Made by a program: the position numbers and the translations under genes. Positions 24,899 through 49,894 of a stretch of DNA of 64,000 nt are shown in pieces. Under the pieces are notes generated by a model. It had not been told where the DNA came from. It saw only the letters and a program-made list of their open reading frames with translations, and searched no databases. Location: the NCBI RefSeq assembly GCF_009914755.1, contig NC_060938.1. One strand, written 5' to 3'. The stretch is from the human T2T-CHM13v2.0 reference genome, Homo sapiens. How positions within the stretch are numbered: the first letter of the stretch is position 1; each line of letters begins with the position of its first letter.

Positions 24899-25285
24899 TC
24901 ATATAGAATGATTGGTGATGGCCTGGATACAGTTTTGGATGAACTGAGAAGCTAAATGGAAGATACAAGGTCTGAATAAAAGGAGGAGAAAAATGGGTAT
25001 TAAAGGACTAAGAATTGGGAGGACCCAGGACATCCAATTAGAGAGTGCCCAAGGGGGTTCAGCGTAATTACTTGCTTGGTTGGCAAGTTTTTGGGCTCTA
25101 TCCTTGAGTTTTTTTATGTTGTCATACACCAGGCCAGACTGATTTAGGTAAAAACAACACTCCTCATTTAAGAATATGCAGAGTCCTCCTTTTTCAGCAG
25201 TAAGTAAGTCAAGGCCTCGGCGGTTTTGGAGGACAACTGCAGCTAAAGAGTCAACTTGGGCCTGGAGGACTGATAAAGTTTGTGA
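24899..25285 (-). pseudogene. env: HERV-H env TM remnant (ISD, CX6CC, membrane anchor, cytoplasmic tail)
   Basis: Translation SQTLSVLQAQVDSLAAVVLQNRRGLDLLTAEKGGLCIFLNEECCFYLNQSGLVYDNIKKL...WVLPILSPLIPIFLLLLF is open to the stop at 24899. Confidence 0.92.
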
Positions 25286-25286
25286 T

Positions 25287-26033
25287 TTTGAGGGCCTCTA
25301 AAAGTATTAAAGCAGCAGCAGCTGCTGCACGCAGACATGAGGGCTAGGCTAAAACAGTAAGGTCAAGTTGTTTGGACAGAAAGGCTACAGGGTGTGGTCC
25401 TGGCTCTTGTGTAAGAATTCCGACCACGCTAACCATGCCTAGGAAGGAAAAGAGTTGTTGTTTTGTAGAAGGTGCTGGGGTTTGAGAGATCAGTCGGACA
25501 CGATTGGCAGGGAAAGCACGTGTGCTTTTACGAGAATTACGCCGAGATAGGTAACAGATGAGGAAGAAATCTGGGCTTGACTGAAGTAATGGGGGCTGTC
25601 TGTGAAGCTTTGCAGCAGTACAGCCCAGGTAATTTGCTGAGCCTAATGGGGTGTCAGGGTCAGTCTAAGTGAAAGCAAAGAGAGGCTGGGACGAGGGGTG
25701 CAGGGGAATAGTGAAAAAAGCATCTTTAAGATGGAGAACAGAATAGTGAGTTGTGGAGGAACGTATTGAGGACAAAAGAGTGTACGGGTTGGGCACCACA
25801 GGGTGGATAGGCAAAACAATTTGGTTGATAAGACGCAGATCCTGAACTAATCTGTAAGACTTATCCGGTTTTTGGACAGGTAAAATGGGGGAATTGTAAG
25901 AGTTTATAGGTTTTAGAAGCCCATGCTGTAGCAGGCGAGTGATAACAGGCTTTAATCCTTTTAAAGCATGCTGTGGGATGGGATATTGGCGTTGAGCGGG
26001 GTAAGGGTGATGGAAGGAGTAGAGATGTCCCAT
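25287..26033 (-). pseudogene. pol: HERV-H pol (RT) remnant with stops and deletions
   Basis: NSPILPVQKPDKSYRLVQDLRLIN...LKDAFFTIPL, then a stop; catalytic YxDD segment absent; ends ...LEALKITN. Confidence 0.9.
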
Positions 26034-26039
26034 ACTTGT

Positions 26040-26400
26040 GGGTTAAGGTGGGGGGATATAAGAGGAAGACGCGAAGGAGGCTTTGAGTTGGGGAGAAGGT
26101 CGGCAATGAGATGCGGCTGTAGTCCAGGAATAGTCAGGGAAGCAGATAATTTGGTTAAAATATCTCGGCCTAATAAGGGAACTGGGCAGGTGGGAATAAC
26201 TAAAAAAGAGTGCATAAAGGAGTGTTGTCCAAGTTGGCACCAGAGTGGGGGAGTTTTAAGAGGTTTAGAAGCCTGGCTGTCAATACCCACAGTTATGGAG
26301 GCAAGGGAAACAGGCCCTTGAAAAGAAGGTAATGTGGAGCGGGTAGCCTCCGTATTGATTAAGAAGGGGACGGGCTTACCTTCCACTGTGAGAGTTACCG
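26040..26400 (-). pseudogene. pro: HERV-H protease remnant
   Basis: VEGKPVPFLINTEAT (catalytic DTGA degraded)...PVPLLGRDIL. Confidence 0.88.
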
Positions 26401-26466
26401 GAAGCTCGGCGTCCGTGATGGTCTACGGGGCTTCCGAGGCGATCGGGCAGCATCAGTCTTCAGCCG

Positions 26467-27570
26467 CTAAGCCGAGAAGGAGTCAGTCAGAGAGCCTTGG
26501 GCCAGAGTTCCAGGGACTCTGGGAGTGGCTGCCAGGTGAGTTGAACAGTCCAATTTCCAGTGGGGTCCCGCACAGATGGGACACGGCTTAGGAGGAATCC
26601 TGGGCTGCATGCATTCCTTGGCCTGGTGGTCAGATTTCTGGCACTTGTAGCAAGCTCCTGGGGAAGGAGGTTCTGGAGGAACGCCTGGCCGCTGTGGTTC
26701 AGGCGTTTGGAAGTTCTTGTGTGCTGGAGATGTGGCTGGGGTTTGTCTCACAGTGGAGGCAAGGAATTGCAACTTTTTCTATTATTGTACACCTTGAAGG
26801 TGAAGTTAATTAAATTCTGTTGTGGGGTTTGAGGGCCGGAATTTAATTTTTGGAGATTTAATGTCGGGAGCAGATTGGGTAATAAAATGTATATTGAGAA
26901 TAATATTGCCTTTTGACCTTTTAGGGTCTAGGGCTGTGAAGCATCTCAGGGTTATATTTGATGAAAAAGAGCCTAAACGCTATCTGATTTGGGATAAAGA
27001 AAAAGGAGCATTAACCTTGACTATGCCTTTGGCTCCAGCCACCTTTTTAAGAGTAAATTGCTGGGCAGGTGGGGGAGGGCTAGTCACGGAACGAAACTGT
27101 AAGCCCGACCAGGTGTGAGGAGGGGAGGCGATAAAAAGATTACAGGGTGCAGGAGCAGAGGCTGAGGAAGAATTGGGACCTAGCTTGGGCTGGCGAGGAG
27201 GGGAGAGGTCAGATGGGTCTGTAGAAAAGGAAGATCAGAAAGACTCAGCGACACTTGGGGTTGGGACTGAGGGGACAGGCGGGAGGGAAAGAAGAAAGAT
27301 TTGGGACGAGTTGCACTGGGCACAGAGACTAGGAAGGGACTGATGTGTAAAGGAATGCCTGGACTTCAGGTACCTCAGACCATTTGCCCATTTTACGACA
27401 AGAATTATTTAGATCTTGTAGGATGGAAAAATTGAAAGTGCCGTTTTCCGGCTATTTGGAACTACTGTCGAGCTTGTATTGGAGTCAAGCGGCATTGCAG
27501 AAGAAAGTAAGGCATTTAGGTTTTAGGTCAGGTGTGAGTTGAAGAGGTTTTAAGTTTTTGAGAACACAGG
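26467..27570 (-). pseudogene. gag: HERV-H gag remnant including NC zinc knuckles
   Basis: CYKCQKSDHQAKEC and CPICAGPHWKLDC CCHC motifs in ORF 26467-26772; upstream part disrupted, 5' boundary approximate. Confidence 0.85.
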
Positions 27571-27802
27571 CTAAGGGAGAAGAAGGAGGAATGGAAGGTG
27601 GAAGCTTACCCATAGTGAAGGAGGCAAGCCCAGAGAAAAGAGTAGCAACACAGAGAAGGGGTGGGGGGTTCTTGCCCTCCAGAAAAGCAGAGAAGGGGTT
27701 GGGGCATGGAAATAAGAGGTCAGGGTGCGGAAATAAGGGATTGGGGCACAGAGATAAGAGGTTGGGGTGTGGAAATAAGTGATTGGGGGGTTCTTGCCCC
27801 CT

Positions 27803-28082
27803 AGGAAAGCGGGACTTGCTGCTAAGGATGAAGGAGAAGGGGTTGAGGGGTACTTGCCCCTGCCCCAGGAAAGCAGGACTTGCCGCTGAGGGTGAAGGGG
27901 AAGGGGTACTTGCCCCTGCCCCAGGAAAGCAGGACTTGCCGCTGAGGGTGAAGGGGAAGGGGTTGAGGGGTACTTGCCCCTGCCCCAGGAAAGCAGGACT
28001 TGCCGCTGAGGGTGAAGGGGAAGGGGTTGAGGGGTACTTGCCCCTGCCCCAGGAAAGTGGGACTTGCCGCTAAGGGTGAAGG
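27803..28082. repeat. 64-bp G-rich VNTR in the HERV-H leader (~4.5 units)
   Basis: AGGAAAG unit starts at 27803, 27867, 27923, 27987, 28051 (periods 64, 56, 64, 64). Confidence 0.93.
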
Positions 28083-28442
28083 ACCAAGGCAGGCGTCCCT
28101 GCGTGGTCTGACACCCTTGAAACGTGAGTGTATAATCAGAGAGGCATCCCTGCAATGATTAAACACCAAGGGAAGGCTGCCTTCCCAGTCCGTGACCGGC
28201 GCCAGAGTTTTGGGTTCACGGATAAAACATGTCTCTTTTGTCTCTACCAGAAAATGAAAGGAATTGAAATTAAGAGAAGGGAGAGATTGAAGTGTGGCTC
28301 CAAGATTGAAAGGAGAAAGAGGTTGAGGGATAGTGAGGGAGGTTGGAGAAGAGTAGAGGCCGCTTACCGGATTTGAAATTGGTGAGATGTTTCTTGGGCT
28401 GGTCGGTCTGAGGACCTGAGGTCGTAGGTGGATCTTTCTCAT
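27822..28442 (-). CDS. Putative ESRG-like HERV-H leader ORF (206 aa from ATG; frame open upstream to a CTG at 28619); translation unproven
   Basis: RKIHLRPQVLRPTSPRNISP...VTDWEGSLPLVFNHCRDA...GAGASTPQPLLLHP resembles the predicted ESRG/HESRG protein as I recall it. Confidence 0.3.
   Translation of the reverse strand: MRKIHLRPQVLRPTSPRNISPISNPVSGLYSSPTSLTIPQPLSPFNLGATLQSLPSLNFNSFHFLVETKETCFIREPKTLAPVTDWEGSLPLVFNHCRDASLIIHSRFKGVRPRRDACLGPSPLAASPTFLGQGQVPLNPFPFTLSGKSCFPGAGASTPQPLPLHPQRQVLLSWGRGKYPFPFTLSGKSCFPGAGASTPQPLLLHP
28361..28370 (-). other. HERV-H major splice donor (CCG/GTAAG); nearby acceptor at 28244
   Basis: Minus strand AAATCCG|GTAAGCG and TTTCATTTTCTGGTAG|AGACA. Confidence 0.7.
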
Positions 28443-28493
28443 GGAGCAAAGAGCAGGAGGACGGGGGATTGATCTCCCAAGGGAGGTCCCCCG

Positions 28494-28511
28494 ATCCGAG
28501 TCACGGCACCA
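28494..28511 (-). other. Primer binding site, tRNA-His
   Basis: TGGTGCCGTGACTCGGAT is the complement of the tRNA-His 3' 18 nt. Confidence 0.95.
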
Positions 28512-28513
28512 AA

Positions 28514-28982
28514 TTTCATGCGTGTCCCTGTGAAGAGACCACCAAACAGGCTTTGTGTGAGCAACATGGCTGTTTATTTCACCTGGGTGCAGGCAGGCTG
28601 AGTCCGAAAAGACAGTCAGCGAAGGGAGATAGGGGTGGGGCCATTTTATAGGATTTGGGAAGGTAATGGAAAATTACAGTCAAAGGGGGTTGTTCTCTGG
28701 TGGGCAGGGGTGGATCTCACAAAGTACATTCTCAAGGGTGGGGAGAATTACAAAGAACCTTCTTAAGGGTGGGGGAGACTACAAAGTACCTTAAGGGTGG
28801 GGGATATTACAAAGTACATTGATCAGTTAGGGTGGGGCAGGAACAAATCACAATGGTGGAATGTCATCAGTTAAGGCTGTTTTTACTTCTTTTGTGGATC
28901 TTCAGTTACTTCAGGCCGTCTGGATGTATACGTGCAAGTCACAGGGGGTGCGATGGCCTGGCCTGGGCTCAGAGGCCTGACA
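28514..28982 (-). promoter_or_regulatory. HERV-H 5' LTR7 promoter (LTR7up-like)
   Basis: TATAAAA at 28650-28644; four CCCCACCC boxes in the U3 repeats; ACAAAAGA at 28895-28888. Confidence 0.85.
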
Positions 28983-29775
28983 GGCTCACTGCAGCCTTGA
29001 CCTCTGGGGCTCAAGTGATCCTCCCCCTCAGCCTCCTGAGTAGCTGGGACTACAGGTACATGCCACCATGCCTGGCTAATTTTTAAACTTTTTAGTAGAG
29101 ACAAGGTCTTGCTATGTTGCCCAGGCTTGTCTAGAACTCCTGAGCTCAAGTGAGCCTCCCACCTCCACCTCCCAAAGTGTTAGGATTATAGGCGTGAGCC
29201 ACTGTGCCTGAACCCATTCATTAACTTGATAAACATTTATATAGCATCTTCTTTGTACCTTGACAGTCCTACCATATTTCTCTTCCTTTCCCTAATGCCA
29301 GTGATTTTGTTCTGAGGCTTGAGGATGGAGTTAAGTACTGAAAAACAAACGCAAACTGCCATAAAGGTATAATAGTGCTTCAATCCCTGTAGTGTCCCCA
29401 GACTGGCAATTACTCAGGAGCTTAAGAGTAAGTCTCCCACACTCCGGTGTAAGTCATTTCTGGGACTGCTGAGCCATGTGCCGCCATGACAGTGCTTCTC
29501 CAGCTGAGGAGGTGATTTGACTGGGAGCCTGAGCTGGGCTCGTTGAAATGGCAGCAGGCCCAGGGTGTGGCAGTGGCTTTGGGTAAGGGTGAGGCTCATG
29601 CCTTGTTATGTCGATAGTGGCTGCTGCAGGAAATGGCAAAAGAATAGATACTTAAGGAAGAGATGCAGGAGAATTTATAACAACAGGAAGAAGAAGGAAA
29701 AGAGGAAAAGGAAGCGTATAGGAGGAAGAAATGAAGAATGGGAAGACAGGACTATGACAGCAACAGGAGATAGCC

Positions 29776-35734
<5,959 letters not shown>

Positions 35735-35735
35735 T

Positions 35736-36134
35736 AAAGGAATTTAATTGAGCAACGAACACATTCCCTAATTGGGCAGCCCCCAGAATCACAGCAGATT
35801 CACAGAGACTCTGGCGCAGCCACGTGGTGGAAGAGGATTTATAGACCAAAAAAAGGGAAATGACTCCAGAAATTGGAAGTGAGGTACAGAATGGCTGGAT
35901 TGGTTACAGCTTGGCGTTTGCCATATTTGAACACAATTTGAACACTCAGTAGTGTATGAATGGTAGAAGTACCGCCGCTGGGATTGGCCAAGACTTAGCT
36001 ATTGTTACAGGTGCATACTCCTAAATTAGGTTTTCAATCTTGTCTAATTATTAAGCTAGGTTACAGTTCATCCACAAGGACTCAAATATAGAAGTACGAA
36101 GTCCTTTCCAGGGCATATTTAGTTTGCTTTAGCA
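35736..36134 (-). mobile_element. MER57-family LTR
   Basis: Minus strand TGCTAAAGCAAACTAAATATGCCC...GTACTTCTATATTTGAGTCCTTGTGGATGAACTGTAACCTAGC. Confidence 0.75.
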
Positions 36135-36452
36135 CAAGTAAACACAGTCCACTTCAGCATTCAGGATGCTTGGGTGCACAAAACGCAGCGTACACTCTCA
36201 TCCCTATGTGTGCAACAGTATTTATTTCTGGCACTTAGAAACAGCATTCAATGAATCCAGAGACACTTCGTTCTTGTACAATGGTTATTGTTTTCTACAA
36301 ATTTTTACCTTAAGACTTTCTGTTTTAATGTTTAACAGTATTAAAACAGTATTAACTGTTTTTCTGTGTGTTTGGTTTTTCATTAATTAACTTATTTATT
36401 TTATTTTTTGGCTAATTTTTAAATTTTTTGTAGAGAAGCCATAACTTATTTT

Positions 36453-36553
36453 AAAGGCTAGTCAAGTGAAGCAGTGGGAGTTGAGAAGGAACAAAGAAAT
36501 CTGTAACTAGTTGTGATCAATTAGTTGTAAACACCACTGCACTCAGACCAGCC
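36453..36553 (-). pseudogene. Y3 RNA (RNY3) processed pseudogene
   Basis: Reverse complement matches hY3 with ~3 substitutions; near-TSD TATTAACTGTTTTT (36350) / TATTAGCTGTTTTT (36554) at an L1 EN-type site. Confidence 0.95.
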
Positions 36554-36589
36554 TATTAGCTGTTTTTAAAACTTGAAATCACAACTTTT

Positions 36590-38092
<1,503 letters not shown>

Positions 38093-38106
38093 TATAAGTT
38101 CTTTGA

Positions 38107-39560
<1,454 letters not shown>

Positions 39561-40872
39561 CCCCCACACTAATTAACAACAAAAAAGTGGGGGTGGTGGG
39601 GAGATGAGAGGAAGAGTAAAATGAAACACAAAACACAAGACCATCCCTGACAAAAGCAAGCCTTTCACATGAACTCACTACATCTACAAACTCTCCATCT
39701 TGTCTTACAGGAAAAAACAGTGGGGAGGGGTTTGTTCAGGGTCAGAGCTGATGGTCCCCAGCACACAGTGGGTGCCCAGAGAATGGGTCTTGTGTGGGCA
39801 GCACTGCTGGCTGGCTCGCACAGGGCAAGCCCAACCAAGAGTTTGGTGATTCTGATTGACAGCTTTGATTGGATCTCTTTGGTGTCATCTGACCTTTAGT
39901 CAGAAACTGTCTCAGGAAGGATTTAAAGAAGTCAAAGTCTCCCCCCTGCCCCATGAATGAGGACTTAACAAATTCAAAGGCCAGGGGATAGGGCAGGTGG
40001 CTCAATCTTGCCTATTATGAGAATCTTGGCTGCCTGCCTGGGTGCACAAAGCAAACGACATTTTTAAATTTCTTCACAGTCCATTAGGTAACATGTAATA
40101 CCCTTCAACTGAAAGAATTTCAAGTCACGTGCCTAGAGCCTTCTTATTTAGGGTGTCTCTCCCATGGTGACCATGCAGCACCAAAAATATCTTCTGTAGA
40201 TATTCATGTGACTAGATCTTGGTTATATGTAAACAGGAATTTTCATTTGAGTCATAATTAGTCTCCAGATAATTAACTCATGAGCTTTTGGCTAAGTTTC
40301 CTTTGCTAATATTCTCAGGTTGTACTAAAGTTGAGCTAGCAGAAAAGGGTTAGGAGTAAATTCGGTTGGGGAAATTGTTAGTATTTGACACAATACTTCT
40401 TAAACCAGTTGAACTTGATTTGTGCTGTAGCCCTTGAATAACTGCTGTCTTCTTAATTTGCTGAATTGGAGAAGTTCCTTGATTTGTTCCTTAATTCCTT
40501 AAATAGCTTGTGTTCATCCAGCTCTTTCGACTCCGTCCATGAACACTCTATCTCCTCTCAACAATGATTTGGGCTGTGTTTTGGATCCAGCTGCTTAAGA
40601 AGGAATGACTGAGGAGAAGTCAATTGGGCCAAAATTATTCTAGGAGGTGAGATTGAAATGAGTTGACTTAAGCATAAAGCCAAAATGAAACCAGTCACAC
40701 AGAAAATGTACAAGGTGATTATGAAGTTTGCCTCTAAATTAAACAGAAATCTGTGACAAACTGCATCTCTTGCAGAGTCAGTTCTGGGTCAGCTGGCAGC
40801 AACTGCACTCCCTTGCAGATCTGCTCAAGACCTTGTGTCAAGCTGTCTCCCACTTGATCCAAGTCATCCTAG

Positions 40873-44168
<3,296 letters not shown>

Positions 44169-44219
44169 TGCAAATTATTGGACCTTACCTTAGTGTCGTG
44201 ATTCAGAATTTCTTTTTGT

Positions 44220-45960
<1,741 letters not shown>

Positions 45961-46861
45961 GGCCCTGTTGTCCACTTGACACAACCCCACTGTTTGTTTG
46001 TTTTAACACTTCGTTACTTTCTGGCATTTAATTTTTTCTTCCAGGCACTTGTTTTTAATTTCCTGCCACTTCTCTTTTTTGACAAGCTTTTCAGATGTTT
46101 CTCCCACACTACATTTGAACAGCTATTGACGGGGAAGAGCTCTCTATTTTTGAGATCATAAGAGTCACATTGGGCCCTTGTTAACAATAAGAGTTTCATG
46201 CCTCTTCTCTGAAGATTCCAATTTAGTAGTTCTGGAGTGAGCCCTAAGGGTCTGGAATTTATAATAAGTATCTCCAGATGGTTCTTACAATCAGGAATGT
46301 TTGGTAAACAGCGCCTTAAGGTCATTTTAATTAAGACTTCTTTGTCAAGCTTAATTTAGATAGATAACCACAATCCGTAGTATTGGAAGAGTGAGTCTCT
46401 GTAGTTGGAATTCCAAGTGTTTTCAAATACACTATTTCATTTAATCCTCATTATTCAAATATGAAGTAGGAAGAACATTTTGTAGGTGAGGAAATTTAAA
46501 CCCCAGATAAGAAGGTGGCTTTCCTAAGATCACACAGTGGAATGCATCGCCATACCATGATCAATAGGCAGAGACAAAAAGTAACACAAAATCTCTTGTG
46601 TTTTGGGATTTGGAATAGCATTACTAAGTAAGATGACTAAAAAGATAGGATGTCAGTCTGTTGATAGGACTGATTTTTTAGCAATAAAGATTTATAATCT
46701 AATAGTAAAATTGATCTACCTAAGCAAGCCACCGTTTCCAGTACCTTTCCTTCCATCAAAGTGTACCATGTTCACATTTTTTGAGTGACAACTATGTGCC
46801 AAGTATAGCCTGCTCTCCTAACTTCTTTTCAACTGGTTCCTTTTTCAAAACTTTAGACATA

Positions 46862-47530
<669 letters not shown>

Positions 47531-47732
47531 GTCTGACTCCCCATATCCATTAGCAATCACCTCCCATGCCCCCCTTTTCCAACCCCTAGCAACCACAAAT
47601 CTACTTCCTGTCTGTATGGATTTGCCTATTCACAGGCATTTCCTATAAATAGACATTTCATGTAAATAGAATCATAATAAGAAGGCTTTTCTGTTTGGCT
47701 TCTTCTGTTTTCAAAGTTCATCTACACTGTAG

Positions 47733-48691
47733 TGATAGCAGCAGGAGGCAGACAAATGCCTAGGCAGTTAGGGGCGGGTCCTTGGTGAAACCCCACCTTC
47801 AAGCCCAACATAGTCTGAAGGCTGAAAGATTGGACTCCTGGTTACAGATGAAACCTGCGACCCTGAGTGAGAACTTCTGTTCCTGTTTGCCCACCGTTTC
47901 CTGATTGGTTCTTTCTGAATAATGCTTTTAAACCAATCAAATGTTACCTTTTCCAATACTACCTATGGCCCTCCCCTTCCCCATCCTGTGCCTATGAAAA
48001 CCCCCAGATTCAGCCACACTGGGGAGATGACCCAACCTTCCTGTCCCCTCTCTGCTGAGAGCTGTTTTGTCGCTCAATAAAATTCTCCGCCCTCATCACC
48101 CTTCAATTGTCAGCATGACCTCATTCTTCTTGGATGTGGGACAAGAATTCAGGACCCACCAAGCACAGGTACTCAGAAGGCTGTAAACATTGTGGCCCTC
48201 TTCCCTCCACCAGCAGAGGGCAGCCTCCCAATGTCACAGGAAGCAATGGTAGGGCCAAGCCAGCCCTGGAGCCAAGGGCCAGAGCTGGGCAAGGGCCTGT
48301 CCAAGCTGTTAACACACTGCTGTCCATCAGGCTGCAGATGGTGGGACTAAATGAGCTAATTAGCACGTTGTAACACTGCTTCTGGGGCTTCAGGGTTGTA
48401 GGCACCCTTGCCTGGGCACCACTGCATCCCCTTGGGATGTGGCAGGACACACCTCGTCCAGCTGCAAGCACTGCATGGAGCCCACTCCTGTGCTGAAGTT
48501 TGGAATGGCTGGTCAGATCCCATACTCACTCACACACACATCCTCTCCTGCCAGGGGCTGAGCATGTAGTCACAGCAGCAGCAGCAGGAGCCATGGGCTG
48601 GAGTGCAAGCCAGACATGGCCCGGTGGGCCAAGCAGATGGGATGTCTGCTGCTTCAAACCTGGCAAAGGGGCCAAGAAAAATCCTGCATTA
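47733..48691 (+). mobile_element. LTR27/LTR28-group ERV1 solo LTR
   Basis: TGATAGCAGCAGGAGGCAGACAAATGCCTAGGCAG...AAAATCCTGCATTA; perfect TSD GTAG (47729-32 and 48692-95). Confidence 0.75.
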
Positions 48692-49876
48692 GTAGCATGT
48701 ATCAATGCTTCATTCATTTTTATGGCTGAGTAATATTCCACTGTTTGGATATAACACATTTTGTTAATACACTCATCAGTTGATGGACACTTGTGTTGTT
48801 TCCACTTTTTGGCTATTATAAATAATGCTGCTATAAATGTTCATGTACAAGTTTGTGTGTGAACATTTCAATTTTTTCATACCTAGGAGTGGAATTGCTG
48901 GATCATATCATAATTATGTTTAATTTCTTACCATTTAGAGACCTATTATACAGCATGGAGACTACAGTTAATGACAATATAGTGTACTAAAAAAATGCAA
49001 ATAGAGTGTTCAGATGTCATGGTGCACACCTGTTGTCCCTGCTACTCAGGAGGCTGAGGTGGAAGGATTGCTTCAGCCCAGGGAGTTTGAGGCTGCAGTG
49101 AGCTATGATCATACCAGTGCACTACAGCCTGGGTAACAGAGCAAGACCTTGTCTGAAAAAAGAAAAAAGGTAAATGGAGAGGATGATAAGTGTTCTCACC
49201 ACAAAAGTGATAATTATGTGAGGTAACACATTTGTTAATTAGCTAGATTTAACTATTCCACAATGTATATATACTTCAAAACATTGTGTTCTACACAATA
49301 CATAAAATTTTCTCTGTTAATTAAAAAAAAATCAGCAATGTACAGAGGTTGTAATTTTTCTACATCCTCCCCAATTCTTTGTATTGTCTGTATTTTTTTT
49401 ATCATAGCTATGAAAGGAAAATAAATCTTGGGGCCTCAAAATCACTAAGTTAAAGGGTAAAGTCAAGCTGGGAACTGCTTAGGGCAAACCTGCCTCCCAT
49501 TCTATTCAAAATCACCTGCTCACTGAGATAAATGCATATCTGCTTGCCTCTTTGGAGAGGCCAATCAGAAACTCAAAAGAATGCAACCGTTTTTCTCTTA
49601 TCTACCTATGACCTAGAAGCCCCCTCCCTGCTTCGAGTGGCCCCGCCTTTGCTTTGAGTTGTCCTCTTTTCCAGGCTGAACCAATGTTCATCTTACATAT
49701 GCTGATTGATGTCTCATGTCTCCCTAAAATGATAAAACTAAACTGTGCTCTGACCACCTTGGGCACATGTCGTCCGGACCTCCTGAGGCTGTGTCATGGG
49801 TGTGTGCCCTCAACCTTGGCAAAATAAACTATCTAAATTAACTGAGGCCGGTCTCACATATGCCGGGTTCACATTT

Positions 49877-49894
49877 TGGTAACCACGAAGGGAT
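49877..49894 (+). other. Primer binding site, probably tRNA-Arg(UCG)
   Basis: TGGTAACCACGAAGGGAT, 3 nt after the 5' LTR; complementary to recalled tRNA-Arg-TCG 3' end ...ATCCCTTCGTGGTTA-CCA. Confidence 0.8.

Larger units (their letters stand above)
24210..28982 (-). mobile_element. HERV-H provirus (LTR7-int-LTR7), internally deleted, 4773 bp
   Basis: Two 469-bp LTRs (TGTCAGGCCTCTGAGCCC...CATGAAA), tRNA-His PBS, PPT, gag/pro/RT/env remnants, 5-bp TSD GGCTC. Confidence 0.98.
24138..29212 (-). mobile_element. AluJ split by HERV-H (24138-24209 and 28983-29212)
   Basis: ...GATCATGGCTC | provirus | GGCTCACTGCAGCCTTGACC... rejoins to the AluJ consensus. Confidence 0.9.

Noticed and set aside
25287-26772. 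Replication-competent HERV-H gag-pro-pol
   Set aside because: Stops, frameshifts, degraded protease DTGA motif, missing YxDD, RNase H and integrase
27803-28082. CRISPR-like repeat array
   Set aside because: Contiguous tandem units without unique spacers in primate ERV DNA
40430-40600. Possible minus-strand coding fragment (EEIECSWTESKELDEHKLFKELRN)
   Set aside because: Short, no recognisable protein family or convincing splice pair
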